From assembly GCA_051362555.1 (NCBI GenBank), contig CM120643.1, positions 4,402,001-4,466,000 on the forward strand: DNA of 64,000 bases. Direction: 5' to 3'. A program made the position numbers and the translations under genes. The DNA is from Lingula anatina (Eukaryota > Animalia > Brachiopoda). Below, piece after piece: positions 12,261 to 24,683 of the stretch. The notes under the pieces were generated by a model. The model made no database searches. It was given only the letters and a program-made list of their open reading frames with translations, and was not told the origin of the DNA. Every line of letters starts with the position of its first letter. The first letter of the stretch is position 1.

Positions 12261-12464
12261 ATTTTGTGGCTTAATGAATTTTCCATTCTATATTTGAGCC
12301 CTTGGGCAGGAGAAACTCTGCCCTGAGGGATGGGACCCCCATATCAGTGAACCTTGACAGGTTCACACCTTTCTGGGGGTCCCATCCCCCGAGGGCAGTT
12401 CCCCTGCCCACCACTTTGGCCTTTAAATAGTTGTTGGTTAAGAAAACTCTTACAGTGGCCTTTG
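12261..12464 (-). CDS. CBM20 exon 1: ATVRVFLTNNYLKAKVVGRGTALGGWDPQKGVNLSRFTDMGVPSLRAEFLLPKGSNIEWK(fs)FIKPQN
   Basis: Matches the CBM20 pattern VVG...LG.WDP..L...LP.G..EWKF. Donor GTAAGC. 1-nt insertion in GGAAAATTC. The exact acceptor (12464 or 12459) is uncertain. Confidence 0.82.
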
Positions 12465-13099
12465 CTGTTCAAAGTAAAATAGAAAGAAATACTATCAATA
12501 TATAGTTTTTGATATTAACATTACAGACATTCAAACTGATCACTTAATTAATGTAAATAAAGAATAGGATATCTTACTTTCTTATTATGAACAAATTAAT
12601 TTTTTTTTATTTATATAACAACAAAAAATTGCAAGAGTAGTTTTAGGCCCGTTGTACTATAACATACATACAGTCTGATTATACAAACAGTGAAGCACGC
12701 ACACAACTTACGAGCACACTGTTCTTCTTTATTTATTTCATTTTCCATATCAGCTATCATCTGCAATATGTTCAATAAATTAAAGAAATCGTGTTAACGG
12801 GATACTAGAATTCTGTATCTTTATTTGGTAGTTTGTAATGTAAACTTCATTTGTACCATTACCAGAATGATCAGCAAATCATCATGTGACAAGAAATTTT
12901 TAAGAATTTCATTTAAAATATGAATTAATCACATAAAAAATCATGAATGACGGATAAAAAGGCGCAGTGTGGGCTTACATAGAACTTGCTACAGAATTTC
13001 AGATTTGAATAAAAAATAAAACTTACCAGCGACTGTGTAGACATTGTCTCTTTGCTTTGTTTACTAAAACAATAAACAGGAATAATTATTGTATAAAAG

Positions 13100-13160
13100 A
13101 ATTTCATTGGACGGTTCCTGTATTGTTTCCTTAACTTTAAACCAATCAGATTGACGCTTC
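13100..13160 (-). promoter_or_regulatory. Candidate promoter of the CBM20 gene
   Basis: Two CCAAT boxes (ATTGG ~13106, CCAATCAG ~13142) and a TGACG half-site lie 60-110 bp upstream of the candidate ATG. Confidence 0.3.
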
Positions 13161-14115
13161 GTTGAAGCTCTCGACCTTGAGTCTTTCTACTAAATAGAAA
13201 TCAAAATATATCGTAATATATATAACAGTGCCTGGACCCTGGTCATATCTATTGCGGATCCAGAACTCTCTCCCTCCTCGCACGAGCTTCTTAGAAAGCA
13301 GGCGGTGAAACTGTTGCTGATACTGGTCAGTCCTTTACAAATCCTAAGTCTCACCTCTTGCACAGCGCCATCTATACTCAACAAGGGTGACGCTGAAAAG
13401 CCCGAATTTTCATCAAACGTTCTGCACACTGAGTTTCACCATACATCAGGACACTTTTCTTAGATGGTTTTGTTATAGATTCTATTGACAAACTTAATCG
13501 GTGAATTCAGGATGAGACATCTAAAGTGACGGATACATATGGTATCGACTGTGTCAGTTGTTCACTGTTCACATCACGATGCAATGTGGTGGTGAAGATT
13601 TTACAATGTGCTGCAGAACCTTGACGCTGTAGATTAAAAGTGTTTTGGAGAACTGACACGATTGCAAGCCGTCGTCTACTTCAACTTTTCCATTCTCTTT
13701 TCTTCTGTAATTACCCAATGGCTTATGAAGGTGAGATAATTATTTGGAGAGCTGACGTTATGCCTTCTAATATAATTTTTATTTTAAGTGGGCATTTTTC
13801 TTGTTTCTTTTGAGTCATCTGTCGAAATAGTAATATATGAACTTAACTATGAACAACTAAAACTTCCCATGGCGTGTCCACTTACGTGAACTAGCACTAC
13901 CATCCCGAGTTTCAGAAAGCACCATAAACCCACCTCTTTATTATCAGTACTGGTACAGTGTATGCTTCAGCCTTGACTTACATCAACACTTTTTTTGGTA
14001 AATTTATTTTATAAAATATTTCTTTGCAGTTTATTTGATGTAATTCTAATATTCTGGATCTTGAGGAAAAACCCTAGTCATTGACTTTTTTTTTGTCTTT
14101 TCCAGTCCATCATCT

Positions 14116-14866
14116 GACTCCACACTACACTATACTAGGAGGCACAGGATTATACTGCCATAATGGAACACAATGACTCCAGACTACTACACTGTACTAG
14201 GAGGCACAGGACTATACTGCCACAATGGAACACAATGACTCCAGACTACTATGCTGTACTAGTAGACACAGGACTATACTGCCACAATGGACAACAATGA
14301 CTCCAGAATACTACACTGTACTAGGAGACACAGGACTATACTGCCACAATGGAACACAATAACTCCAGACTACTACACTGTACTAGGAAGCACAGGACTA
14401 TACTGCCACAATGAAACACAATGACTGCAGACTACTACACTGTACTAGGAGACACAGGACTATACTGCCACAATGGAACACAATGACTCCAGACTACTAC
14501 ACTGTACTAGGAGGCACAGGACTATACTGCCACAATGGAACACAATGACTCCAGACTACTACACTGTACTAGGAGGCACAGGACTATACTGCCACAATGG
14601 AACACAATGACTCCAGACTACTACACTGTACTAGGAGGCACAGGACTATACTGCCACAATGGAATACTGACTCCAAACTAAAACGTTGCACTAGGAGGCA
14701 CAGGACTATACTGCCACAATGGAACACAATGACTACAGACTACTACACTGTACTAGGAGACACAGGACTATACTGCCACAATGGAACACAATGACTCTAG
14801 ACTACTACACTGTACTAGGAGACACGGGACTATACTAAAAAAAAAAAAAACACAATGACTCCAGAC
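14116..14866. repeat. 62-bp minisatellite, ~12 copies
   Basis: Unit ATGACTCCAGACTACTACACTGTACTAGGAGGCACAGGACTATACTGCCACAATGGAACACA. Confidence 0.95.
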
Positions 14867-15183
14867 TTATTTTCAAGATGGTCAGATAACAATAGAGTTT
14901 CATAAATCGTCATAAGTAGATTGCATTGTCTTCTAGATTTTTACATATTTCAGTGAGTTTTTGAATCTGTAATGCTGCTTAATTACAGCCTTTCAGCAAG
15001 TTTTCATCTTGTTCAATGTAATACCTGATATTTGAGTGATTTTGTGTTGCTACTGATGTAAGAATTTTTATATAAATCTTTCGGATATTTTATTGCTTTG
15101 TCAAAGAAATTGAAGGAACAGTTTTTAAGACACTTGAAAATAAAGTAGATTGTTTTAAAGATGTATTTTTTATTGTCTTCCTG

Positions 15184-15300
15184 TGGATCACACATGTTCT
15201 CCATATAGGTTTGTATGTGATAATGGCTGCTTTATCAACTTATCATGAAGATGTGACCAGGACAATGACTGTAGAGATAACAGTGATGAGGAAGGGTGTA
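15184..15300 (+). pseudogene. Dead LDL-receptor class A (LDLa) exon
   Basis: 117-nt phase 1-1 exon reading [43 protein letters not shown] donor; the acceptor AG appears mutated to TG; the conserved W is now TGA. Confidence 0.85.
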
Positions 15301-15467
15301 GTAAGTATTGCTTAGAATGAAGATGTGACCAAGACAATGACTGTAGAGATAACAGTGATGAGGAAGGATGTAGTAAGTATTACTTAGAATGAAGATGTGA
15401 CCAGGACAATGACTGTAGAGCTAACAGTGATGAGGAAGGGTGTAGTAAGTATTGCTTAGAATGAAGA
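15245..15467 (+). repeat. 72-bp tandem repeat x3 made from the 3' half of the LDLa exon plus its splice donor
   Basis: Three near-identical units ATGAAGATGTGACCAGGACAATGACTGTAGAGATAACAGTGATGAGGAAGGGTGTAGTAAGTATTGCTTAGA. Confidence 0.95.
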
Positions 15468-15754
15468 TGGATATCAAAGAAATGGGTTGTCAGGTAGTGC
15501 ACTGGGTAATGGCCTTCATGAAGCTGTAAAGATTGCTTGTCAATTTAACACACACATGTATTGAGAGACAGGTAATGGGTTCATTTTATGCAGAAAATTA
15601 AAATTTCTGTGTTAGAAAATAAGATATAAATTATGTTCCAGCTTTTAAATTACAGATATTATTCCATTTCAAAAATTGTTGCACAGCTGATTCATATACT
15701 GCTATTGAAGAAGTTGTATATAGTCACCTGTTGTAAATTCCAACATATATTTAA

Positions 15755-18700
15755 ATTATTGTTAAGCATCATTTGTACAAATTTTAGAAACATTGGAGAA
15801 GATTTGACAAAATTATTAACGTTTAACTATTTTATGTCATGGGATTTGCCAGTGTTTTCAGTGTAATTTTCAGTTTTTTCAAAGATATTGTCCAAAGAGG
15901 ATACTTGTCATAAGACACAGACATTTGATCAGCTTATCACAGGTTTTTACTGTTGGTAAGCATCATATGTACAAATTTCAGAAATATTTGACCAGATTTG
16001 ACAAAATTAATAATGTTTAACTATTTTAAGCCATGAGATTTGCCAGTCTTTTCAATGTAAATTTCAGTTTTCCCAAATATGTTGTCCCAAAAAAACACTT
16101 TTCATTAGATACAGTCGACAGATCATCTAATCACAGATTTTTATTGTTGTTAGCATCATTTGTACAAATTTCAGAAATATTGGACAAGATTTGACAAAAT
16201 TATTTACATTTAACTATTTTAAGTCATGAGATTTGCCAGTCTTTTCAATGTTATTTTCAGTTTTCCCAAATATGTTGTCCCAAAAAAAAAAAAAAAACAC
16301 TTTTCATTAGATGCAGTCAACAGATCATCTAATCACAGATTTTTATTGTTGTTAAGCATCATTTGTACGAATTTCAGAAATATTGGACAAGATTTGAAAA
16401 AATTATTAACGTTTAACTATTTTATGTCGTTGAATTTGCCAGCGTTTTCTATGTTATTTTCAGTTTTTTCAGTTATATTGTTCTTTTTCCAGAGTACCTT
16501 TACCATGAAGATGCAGGCAGCGAAAGACAACACCAAGAGCAGCACTATGTCTTATCCATGTGTACAGTACATGATATGTGACAAGATTTAGGACATTGTC
16601 AAATGTTGTGATAACAGCAACCCATTCCAGAAACCCATTGTAAGGAGTAATCTGCATCTGGCATTGATAGTAAGGAGAAGTCTTGTATGGATATATATTG
16701 TTTTCCAGATAACAGTTATAGGTAATTTGCAACCTCCTACACAAACAACCTCAAATCATCACATTTGCTATTTTATTTTATAATCACATTGCAAAATTAT
16801 TAACATTTAACTATTTTAAGCCATGGAATTTGCCAGATTTTTCAGTGTAATTTTCAGTTTTTTCAAGGATATTGTCGAAAGAAGATACTTTTCATTAGAC
16901 ACAGTCATTTGATCAGCTTATCACAGGTTTTTATTGTTGTTAAGCATCATTTGTACAAATTTCAGAAACACTGGACTAGATTTGACAAAATTATTAACAT
17001 TTAACTATTTGAAGTCCTTGGATTTGCCAGTCTTTTCAACGTAAATTTCAGTTTTCCCAAATATTTTGTCCCAAAAAAACACTTTTCATTAAATACAGTC
17101 AACAGATCATCTAATCACAGATTTTTATTGTTGTTAAGCATCATTTGTACAAATTTCAGAAATATTGGACAAGATTTGAAAAAATTATTAACGTTTAACT
17201 ATTTTAAGTCATGAGATTTGCCAGTGTTTTCAACGTAAATTTCAGTTTTCCCAAATATGTTGTCCCAAAAAACACTTTTCATTAAATACAGTCAACAGAT
17301 CATCTAATCACAGATTTTTATTGTTGTTAAGCATCATTTGTACAAATTTCAGAAATATTGGACAAGATTTGAAAAAATTATTAACGTTTAACTATTTTAT
17401 GTTGTGGAATTTGCCAGCGTTTTCTATGTTATTTTCAGTTTTTTTCAGTTATATTGTTCTTTTTCCAGAGTACCTTTACCATGAAGATGCAGGCAGCGAA
17501 AGACAGCACCAAGAGCAGCACTATGTCTTATCCATGTGTACAGTACATGATATGTGGCAAGATTTAGGACATTGTCAAATGTTGTGATAACAGCAACCCA
17601 TTCCAGAAACCCATTGTAAGGAGTAATCTGCATCTGGCATTGATAGTAAGGAGAAGTCTTGTATGGGTATATATTGTTTTTCAGATAACAGTTATAGGTA
17701 ATTTGCAACCTCCTACACAAACAACCTCAAATCATCACATTTGCTATTTTATTTTATAATCACATTGCAAAATTATTAACATTTAACTATTTTAAGGCAT
17801 GGAATTTGCCAGATTTTTCAGTGTAATTTTCAGATTTTTCAAGGATATTGTCGAAAGAAGATACTTTTCATTAGACACAGTCATTTGATCAGCTTATCAC
17901 AGGTTTTTATTGTTGTTAAGCATCATTTGTACAAATTTCAGAAATATTATACAAGATTTGACAAAATTATTAACGTTTAACTATTTGAAGTCCTTGGATT
18001 TGCCAGTCTTTTCAATGTAAATTTCAGTTTTCCCAAATATGTTGTCCCAAAAAACACTTTTCATTAAGTACAGTCAACAGATCATCTAACCACAGATTTT
18101 TATTATGGTTAAGCATCATTTCTACAAATTTCAGAAATATTGGACAAGATTCAAAAATTTTATTAACGTTTAACTATTTTAAGTCATGAGATTTGCCAGT
18201 GTTTTCAATGTAAATTTCAGTTTTCCCAATTATGTTGTCCCAAAAAACACTTTTCATTAGATGCAGTCAACAGATCATCTAATCACAGATTTTTATTGTT
18301 GTTAAGTTATAGGTAATTTGCAACCTGCTACACAAACAAGCTAAATCATCACATTTGCTGTTTTCTTTGAAAGTAAATAATACATTGCAATATTGAAATA
18401 TTTGTTTTGGATAATTCTCACACTTCTGATTATCAATTTCCAATAAACTTGACACTTAAAAAAAAGACAGACAACTGATCAGCTTATCACAGATTTTTAT
18501 TGTTGTTAAGCATCATTTGTAGAGATTTGAAAAACATTAGATAAGATTTGTCAAAATTATTAACGTTTAACTAATTTAAGTCATGTTATTTGCCAGTCTT
18601 TTCAATGTAAATTTCAGTTGTCCTAAATTAATTGTCCCAAAAAACACTTTTCATTAGATACAGTCAACAGATCATCTAATCACAGATTTTTATTGTTGTT

Positions 18701-18830
18701 AAGCATCATTTGTACAAATTTCAGAAATATTAGACAAGATTTGACAAAATTATTAACGTTTAACTATTTTAAGTCATGGGATTTGCTAGTCTTTCCAATG
18801 TAATTTTCAGTTTTTTCAGTTATATTTTTC
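15755..18830. repeat. AT-rich ~190-bp tandem satellite-like array with embedded exon-like blocks
   Basis: Recurrent unit TTGTTAAGCATCATTTGTACAAATTTCAGAAATATTGGACAAGATTTG...CAGATCATCTAATCACAGATTTTTA. Confidence 0.9.
16493..16721 (+). pseudogene. Degenerate exon, probably LRP YWTD beta-propeller (copies at 17469-17697 and partial at 18840-18910)
   Basis: TTTTTCCAG acceptor and GGTAAT donor. Frame-shifted motifs DAGSERQ, PRAA..YP..QYM and IVKC.DNSN..IVRSNLH.LAL follow YWTD repeat order. It lies next to an LDLa exon. Confidence 0.45.
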
Positions 18831-19871
18831 TTTTTCCAGAGTACCCTTACCATGAAAATGCAGGCAGTGAAAGACAGCACCAAGAGCATCACTTTGTCTT
18901 ATCCATGTGTTGAGAGAGAATATGTCTCACACAAAGCAGAATAGATGTTGGTAGTTATGATGGAACTTTATTATGAAGTGTTATATTAAACCCATATAAT
19001 ATATTTGTTCTTTTATGGGTGAAGCTTTCCAACTCTGATGAAGAATTGGAATTCCTGTTTACTAAATAATTCCAGATAAAATGTTACGCTATTAAAGAGT
19101 CAGTCCTCCTGTTTGAATATAGTGTTTGTGCTGATGTTCTGTTTGCAGAAACTTTAGCCCACATGCTTGCACATAAAATATTCCTCAAAGAACTCTCATA
19201 CCAATATTTGGTTTATTTGTTGCTAATTTAACAATAAGAAATCAGTTAACAGATTTTTAAAATCTTGATTAACCTGTAAGCTTTACAGATTGCAAGAGGT
19301 AACCATGAGACTGTATTGTTACATAGTAGTTAGCACATATATTAACTGGATTAAGGGACTGAATTAAAAGAAGTGCTAAGGCAAATACAACCAACAAAAA
19401 AGTTCCATGACAAGTATTATCTGACCTGTAATAATGATATTTTTGTTGTATTTAAAAATATGAGGTAAATGATACAGCTTAGTTAATGTAACAGAGGAGT
19501 TGAAATTAAAAATCCAGATGAAAATCAAAAACAGCACTTTGCAGTTTATTTTAATACATTATCCTAGAAATACATCTGTGTTGGCTTGCTTGGTGTACTC
19601 AACATTCCAAGAACTGTTGTCTTGGTTCAGAAAAGGGTAGAAGATAAATTTTAGTTTTACAATATACAAGACAAAGTAATGCTTTTTCCTTCTGGCTTTA
19701 AACTGTATGTCATGTGACATTTGTATAGACGTCTTCAGATGGAAATTTTATTAATGTTGTACAAATATAAAAGCTTTAAGAAGGCTGGAAGAAAATTTGT
19801 CCCACACCATTGCAACATTCACTTAAAAATGATTTTTATTTTCAGCCATGTCTGTACATTGCTGTCACCTA

Positions 19872-20040
19872 TCCCAGCAGGCATAGTTGCGTTGGATCAA
19901 CGTTGAAAACAGGTTGATACGTTGAATTGCCGTTGATCTACCTAAATTCAAAGTTAAATCAACGTTGATCCAGCCACGTCGAAACACCGTCATAATGTGA
20001 CGTTGACTCAACGTTGTATTTTGGTCAATGACACAACCTT
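19872..20040 (+). mobile_element. CACTA/EnSpm-like left end with AACGTT subterminal repeats
   Basis: CCCAGCAGGCA terminus followed by many CAACGTTG motifs. A matching right end lies at 25095-25256. Confidence 0.55.
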
Positions 20041-20198
20041 GCAGTTATGCATTGAATTAAAAATATTAATTATTGAAAATGTGATACTTTGTTTATCAAT
20101 ACTGTAACTAAATTTATCAATATAATAACAAAAGGGGTTTAAAGTAAAAGTGACAGTTGTTTTGTGTCTTTAGTTAACTAGTGAATTTTCTTAACTAG

Positions 20199-23100
20199 TT
20201 ATTGTACCACCAGCGTAGGCGCTGGCGGTACACATGGTTTTAGTCCCGACCCGTATGTTCCGCCGGCTCCTGCGGCTCCTGCGGCTCCGCCGGCTCCTGC
20301 GGCTCCGCCGCCAAGTCACCGTTACCGCTTCTCCTCCTAGACGGTAAGGGCCTCCATACCCATCTCTTGGATTTAGGTCACCTATAATCTCAACTCGTTC
20401 CACGTAAAATTTGGGCTTTGTCGGTATTGGGGTCTAGGTGTGGCACTCATTGCAATGCACCCTTGTCCAAAAATGGCAAAATTAAATGCTAATTATCTCC
20501 CCTACGGAAGGAATTATGGGAAAAATTTCTACAGACAGCTTTCCAAAAGTCATATGTGTAGATTTCAAATATGCCCTTGGATTTGACCTTTGACCTTTAT
20601 TTCAAGGTCAAACGGGCCAAAATTAAAAAAAAAACAAAATTTTTGCTGAAAAAAAAATTATTTGCGGTCTTATTCAGACACCACAAAGACTTAACTAATA
20701 ATATTAATGGAAAGTGTTACCCTTCGGGTCATCTTTCATCTCCGTGAATTTGGGGTCAATCGGTGCATTTTCACGGGAGTAGCGGCCATAAGATATCGAA
20801 ACTGAAAACTGTCTCTAATTCGGGAACCGTTAATGCTAGACACCCATTCTTTTTTGCATTTTGTAGGGCATTTAAAGCCCAACACTGGAGGTGGTCTCCG
20901 TTTTTTTGTATTCCATACGGTTTTCGAGTTACGCTGTATCAAAAAGTACATATTGGTGGTGAAAGCTAAATGTGCAGTACGGTAATGGATAAAAAATTTT
21001 GAACTCCGGAAAAATAAAACATAAGGCTTGGCAAAGCAGACAACTTGTGGTCAAAAATGACATTATTTCATCAAATTTGAACATCTGGAACTTCAGAGCA
21101 CCTCCCATTTCAAGAATTTTGACCAAAATGACCTTTTCTTTTTTTTAATTAATTTTTTCTGTAGGAAATTTATGGCACATTATGATAACTCCAAAATTAT
21201 AACATTTAGTCCCTTATATCTCCAAAACTGGCAGAGATAGGTCCATAGTTACTATTGAAGTTGAATAGGAAGTCATATACTGGCAATCTAAATGTGACCT
21301 TAAAATTGACCTTTGACCTACTTTTCACCATGAACTGAACTTTGCAAATTTTGCTTCCCTTTTATCTCCAAAACTGGCAGAGATAGGTCCATAGTTACTA
21401 TTGAACTTGAATAGAAAGTCATATACTGGCAATCTACATGTGACCTTTAAATTGACCTTTGACCTACTTTTCACCATGAACTGAACTTTGCAAATTTTGC
21501 TTCCCTTTTATCTCCAAAACTGGCAGAGATAGGTCCATAGTCTCTATTGAACTTGAATAGGAAGTCATATACTGGCAATCTACATGTGACCTTAAAATTG
21601 ACCTTTGACCTACTTTTCACCATGAACTGAACTTTGGAAATTTTGCTTCCCTTTTATCTCCAAAACTGGCAGAGATAGGTCCATAGTTTCTATTGAACTT
21701 GAATAGGAAGTCATATGCTGGCAATCTACATGTGACCTTAAAATTGACCTTTCACCTACTTTTCACCATGAACTGAACTTTGCAAATTTTGCTTCCCTTT
21801 TATCTCCAAAACTGGCAGAGATAGGTCCATAGTCTCTATTGAACTTGAATAGGAAGTCATATACTGGCAATCTACATGTGACCTTAAAATTGACCTTTGA
21901 CCTACTTTTCACCATGAACTGAACTTTGCAAATTTTGCTTCCCTTATATCTCCAAAACTGGCAGAGATAGGTCCATAGTTACTATTGAAGTTGAATAGGA
22001 AGTCATATACTGGCAATCTAAATGTGACCTTAAAATTGACCTTTGACCTACTTTTCACCAACAACTGAACTTTGGAAATTTTGCTTCCCTTTTATCTCCA
22101 AAGTTACGCTATATCAAAAAGTACATATTGGTGGTGAAAGCAAAATGTGCAGTACGGTAATGGATAATAAATTTTGAACTCCGGAAAAATAAAACATAAG
22201 GCTTGGCAAAGCAGACAACTTGTGGTCAAAAATGACATTATTTCATCAAATTTGAACATCTGGAACTTCAGAGCACCTCCCATTTCAAGAATTTTGACCA
22301 AAATGACCTTTTCTTTTTTTTAATTAATTTTTTCTGTAGGAAATTTATGGCACATTATGATAACTCCAAAATTATAACATTTAGTCCCTTATATCTCCAA
22401 AACTGGCAGAGATAGGTCCATAGTTACTATTGAAGTTGAATAGGAAGTCATATACTGGCAATCTAAATGTGACCTTAAAATTGACCTTTGACCTACTTTT
22501 CACCATGAACTGAACTTTGCAAATTTTGCTTCCCTTTTATCTCCAAAACTGGCAGAGATAGGTCCATAGTTACTATTGAACTTGAATAGAAAGTCATATA
22601 CTGGCAATCTACATGTGACCTTTAAATTGACCTTTGACCTACTTTTCACCATGAACTGAACTTTGCAAATTTTGCTTCCCTTTTATCTCCAAAACTGGCA
22701 GAGATAGGTCCATAGTCTCTATTGAACTTGAATAGGAAGTCATATACTGGCAATCTACATGTGACCTTAAAATTGACCTTTGACCTACTTTTCACCATGA
22801 ACTGAACTTTGGAAATTTTGCTTCCCTTTTATCTCCAAAACTGGCAGAGATAGGTCCATAGTTTCTATTGAACTTGAATAGGAAGTCATATGCTGGCAAT
22901 CTACATGTGACCTTAAAATTGACCTTTCACCTACTTTTCACCATGAACTGAACTTTGCAAATTTTGCTTCCCTTTTATCTCCAAAACTGGCAGAGATAGG
23001 TCCATAGTCTCTATTGAACTTGAATAGGAAGTCATATACTGGCAATCTACATGTGACCTTAAAATTGACCTTTGACCTACTTTTCACCATGAACTGAACT

Positions 23101-24465
23101 TTGCAAATTTTGCTTCCCTTATATCTCCAAAACTGGCAGAGATAGGTCCATAGTTACTATTGAAGTTGAATAGGAAGTCATATACTGGCAATCTAAATGT
23201 GACCTTAAAATTGACCTTTGACCTACTTTTCACCAACAACTGAACTTTGGAAATTTTGCTTCCCTTTTATCTCCAAAGTTACGCTATATCAAAAAGTACA
23301 TATTGGTGGTGAAAGCAAAATGTGCAGTACGGTAATGGATAATAAATTTTGAACTCCGGAAAAATAAAACATAAGGCTTGGCAAAGCAGACAACTTGTGG
23401 TCAAAAATGACATTATTTCATCAAATTTGAACATCTGGAACTTCAGAGCACCTCCCATTTCAAGAATTTTGACCAAAATGACCTTTATTTTAATTAATTT
23501 TTTCTATAGGAAATTTATGGCACATTATTGTAACTCCAAAATTATAACATTTAGTCCCTTATCTCTCCAAAACTGGCAGAGATAGGTCCATAGTTACTAT
23601 TGAAGTTGAATGGGAAGTCATATACTGGCAATCTAAATGTGACCTTGAATTTGACCTTTGACCTACTTTTCATCATGAACTGAACTTTGCAAATTTTGCT
23701 TCCCTTTTATCTCCAAAACTGGCAGAGATAGGTCCATAGTCTCTATTGAACTTGAATAGGAAGTCATATACTGGCAATCTACATGTGACCTTAAAATTGA
23801 CCTTTGACCTACTTTTCACCATGAACTGAACTTTGCAAATTTTGATTCCCTTTTATCTCCAAAACTGGCAGAGATAGGTCCATAGTTACTATTGAACTTG
23901 AATAGGAAGTCATATACTGGCAATCTTAAAGTGACCTTAAAATTGACCTTTGACCTACTTTTCACCATGAACTGAACTTTGCATATTTTGCTTCCCCTTT
24001 ATCTCTAAAACTGGCAGAGATAGGTCCATAGTTACTATTGAACATGAATAGGAAGTCATATACTGGCAATCTAAGTGTGACCTTGAAATTGACCTTTGAC
24101 CTACTTATTATCATGAACTGAACTCTGCTGGTTTCTTTCTCTTTTAACTCCAAACCTGGCAGAGATAGGCCCATAGTTACTATTGAAGTTGAATAGGAAG
24201 TCATATACTGGCAATTTACTGTGACCTTGGAATTGACCTTTGACCTACCTTACGATGAACTTAACTTTGATCGTACCATTTTTAGTAATATATATATCTT
24301 TTGCATATTTTGAAAATTCTTGTTGATTGCATTTTTACAGCTTGTCAAGCACAAGACTGGTGGCTGTGTTCCTTATTTTGTATATGTGGGGGTCTATACG
24401 AATGCGTTTGCTCCAGCTGGTGGTACAATATTCGGAGGCGGTATCGCCTCTCTGATCCTCTAGTT
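20199..24465 (+). mobile_element. Non-autonomous Helentron (HINE/DINE-1/pearl-type) with internal satellite
   Basis: 5' subTIR TATTGTACCACCAGC with adjacent hairpin and GC-rich microsatellite (CGGCTCCTG)n. 3' subTIR GCTGGTGGTACAATA, stem-loop GAGGCG-GTAT-CGCCTC and CTAGTT end. Confidence 0.85.
20929..24260. repeat. 146-bp satellite organised as a 1175-bp higher-order repeat (~300-bp spacer plus 6 monomers), ~3 units
   Basis: Monomer with a TGACCTTTGACC core has period 146 (21361 to 21507). The spacer recurs at 20929, 22104 and 23279. Confidence 0.95.
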
Positions 24466-24683
24466 CAGAAATACATTCCAATAAACTGAAATACTTGCAA
24501 GGTCAGCTAACACTAGGATGAATAAGTTGCTGTAAACGTGAAGGAGTTAACAGTTCTTGGTAACCTGTTATAGATAAACAGGTTGAGATGACTGTGAATT
24601 TGTTTTATATATATGGTTGTAGTTATTTTCTTATATATACATATATATATATATTAATCTAAACCTTGTAAATTTTAACTTAA

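Larger units (their letters stand above)
9333..13044 (-). pseudogene. Multi-exon CBM20-domain gene with micro-exon array (frameshifted, or homopolymer assembly error)
   Basis: Canonical GT-AG exons with compatible phases: candidate first exon 13027-13044 (MSTQSL), 12261-12464, 11876-12002, six micro-exons between 11347 and 9732, and terminal exon 9333-9415. One extra A near 12281 breaks the frame. Confidence 0.8.

Noticed and set aside
13190-13700. GC-richer block with a 79-aa ORF upstream of the CBM20 gene
   Set aside because: No recognisable motif or consistent splice structure in any frame.
14597-14794. ORF within the 62-bp minisatellite
   Set aside because: The unit is not a multiple of 3 and contains stops; the ORF is a repeat artefact.
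20929-23476. Three near-identical 65-aa ORFs (MVKILEMGGALK...)
   Set aside because: They are the spacer of the 1175-bp higher-order repeat within a non-autonomous Helentron and show no protein-like features.
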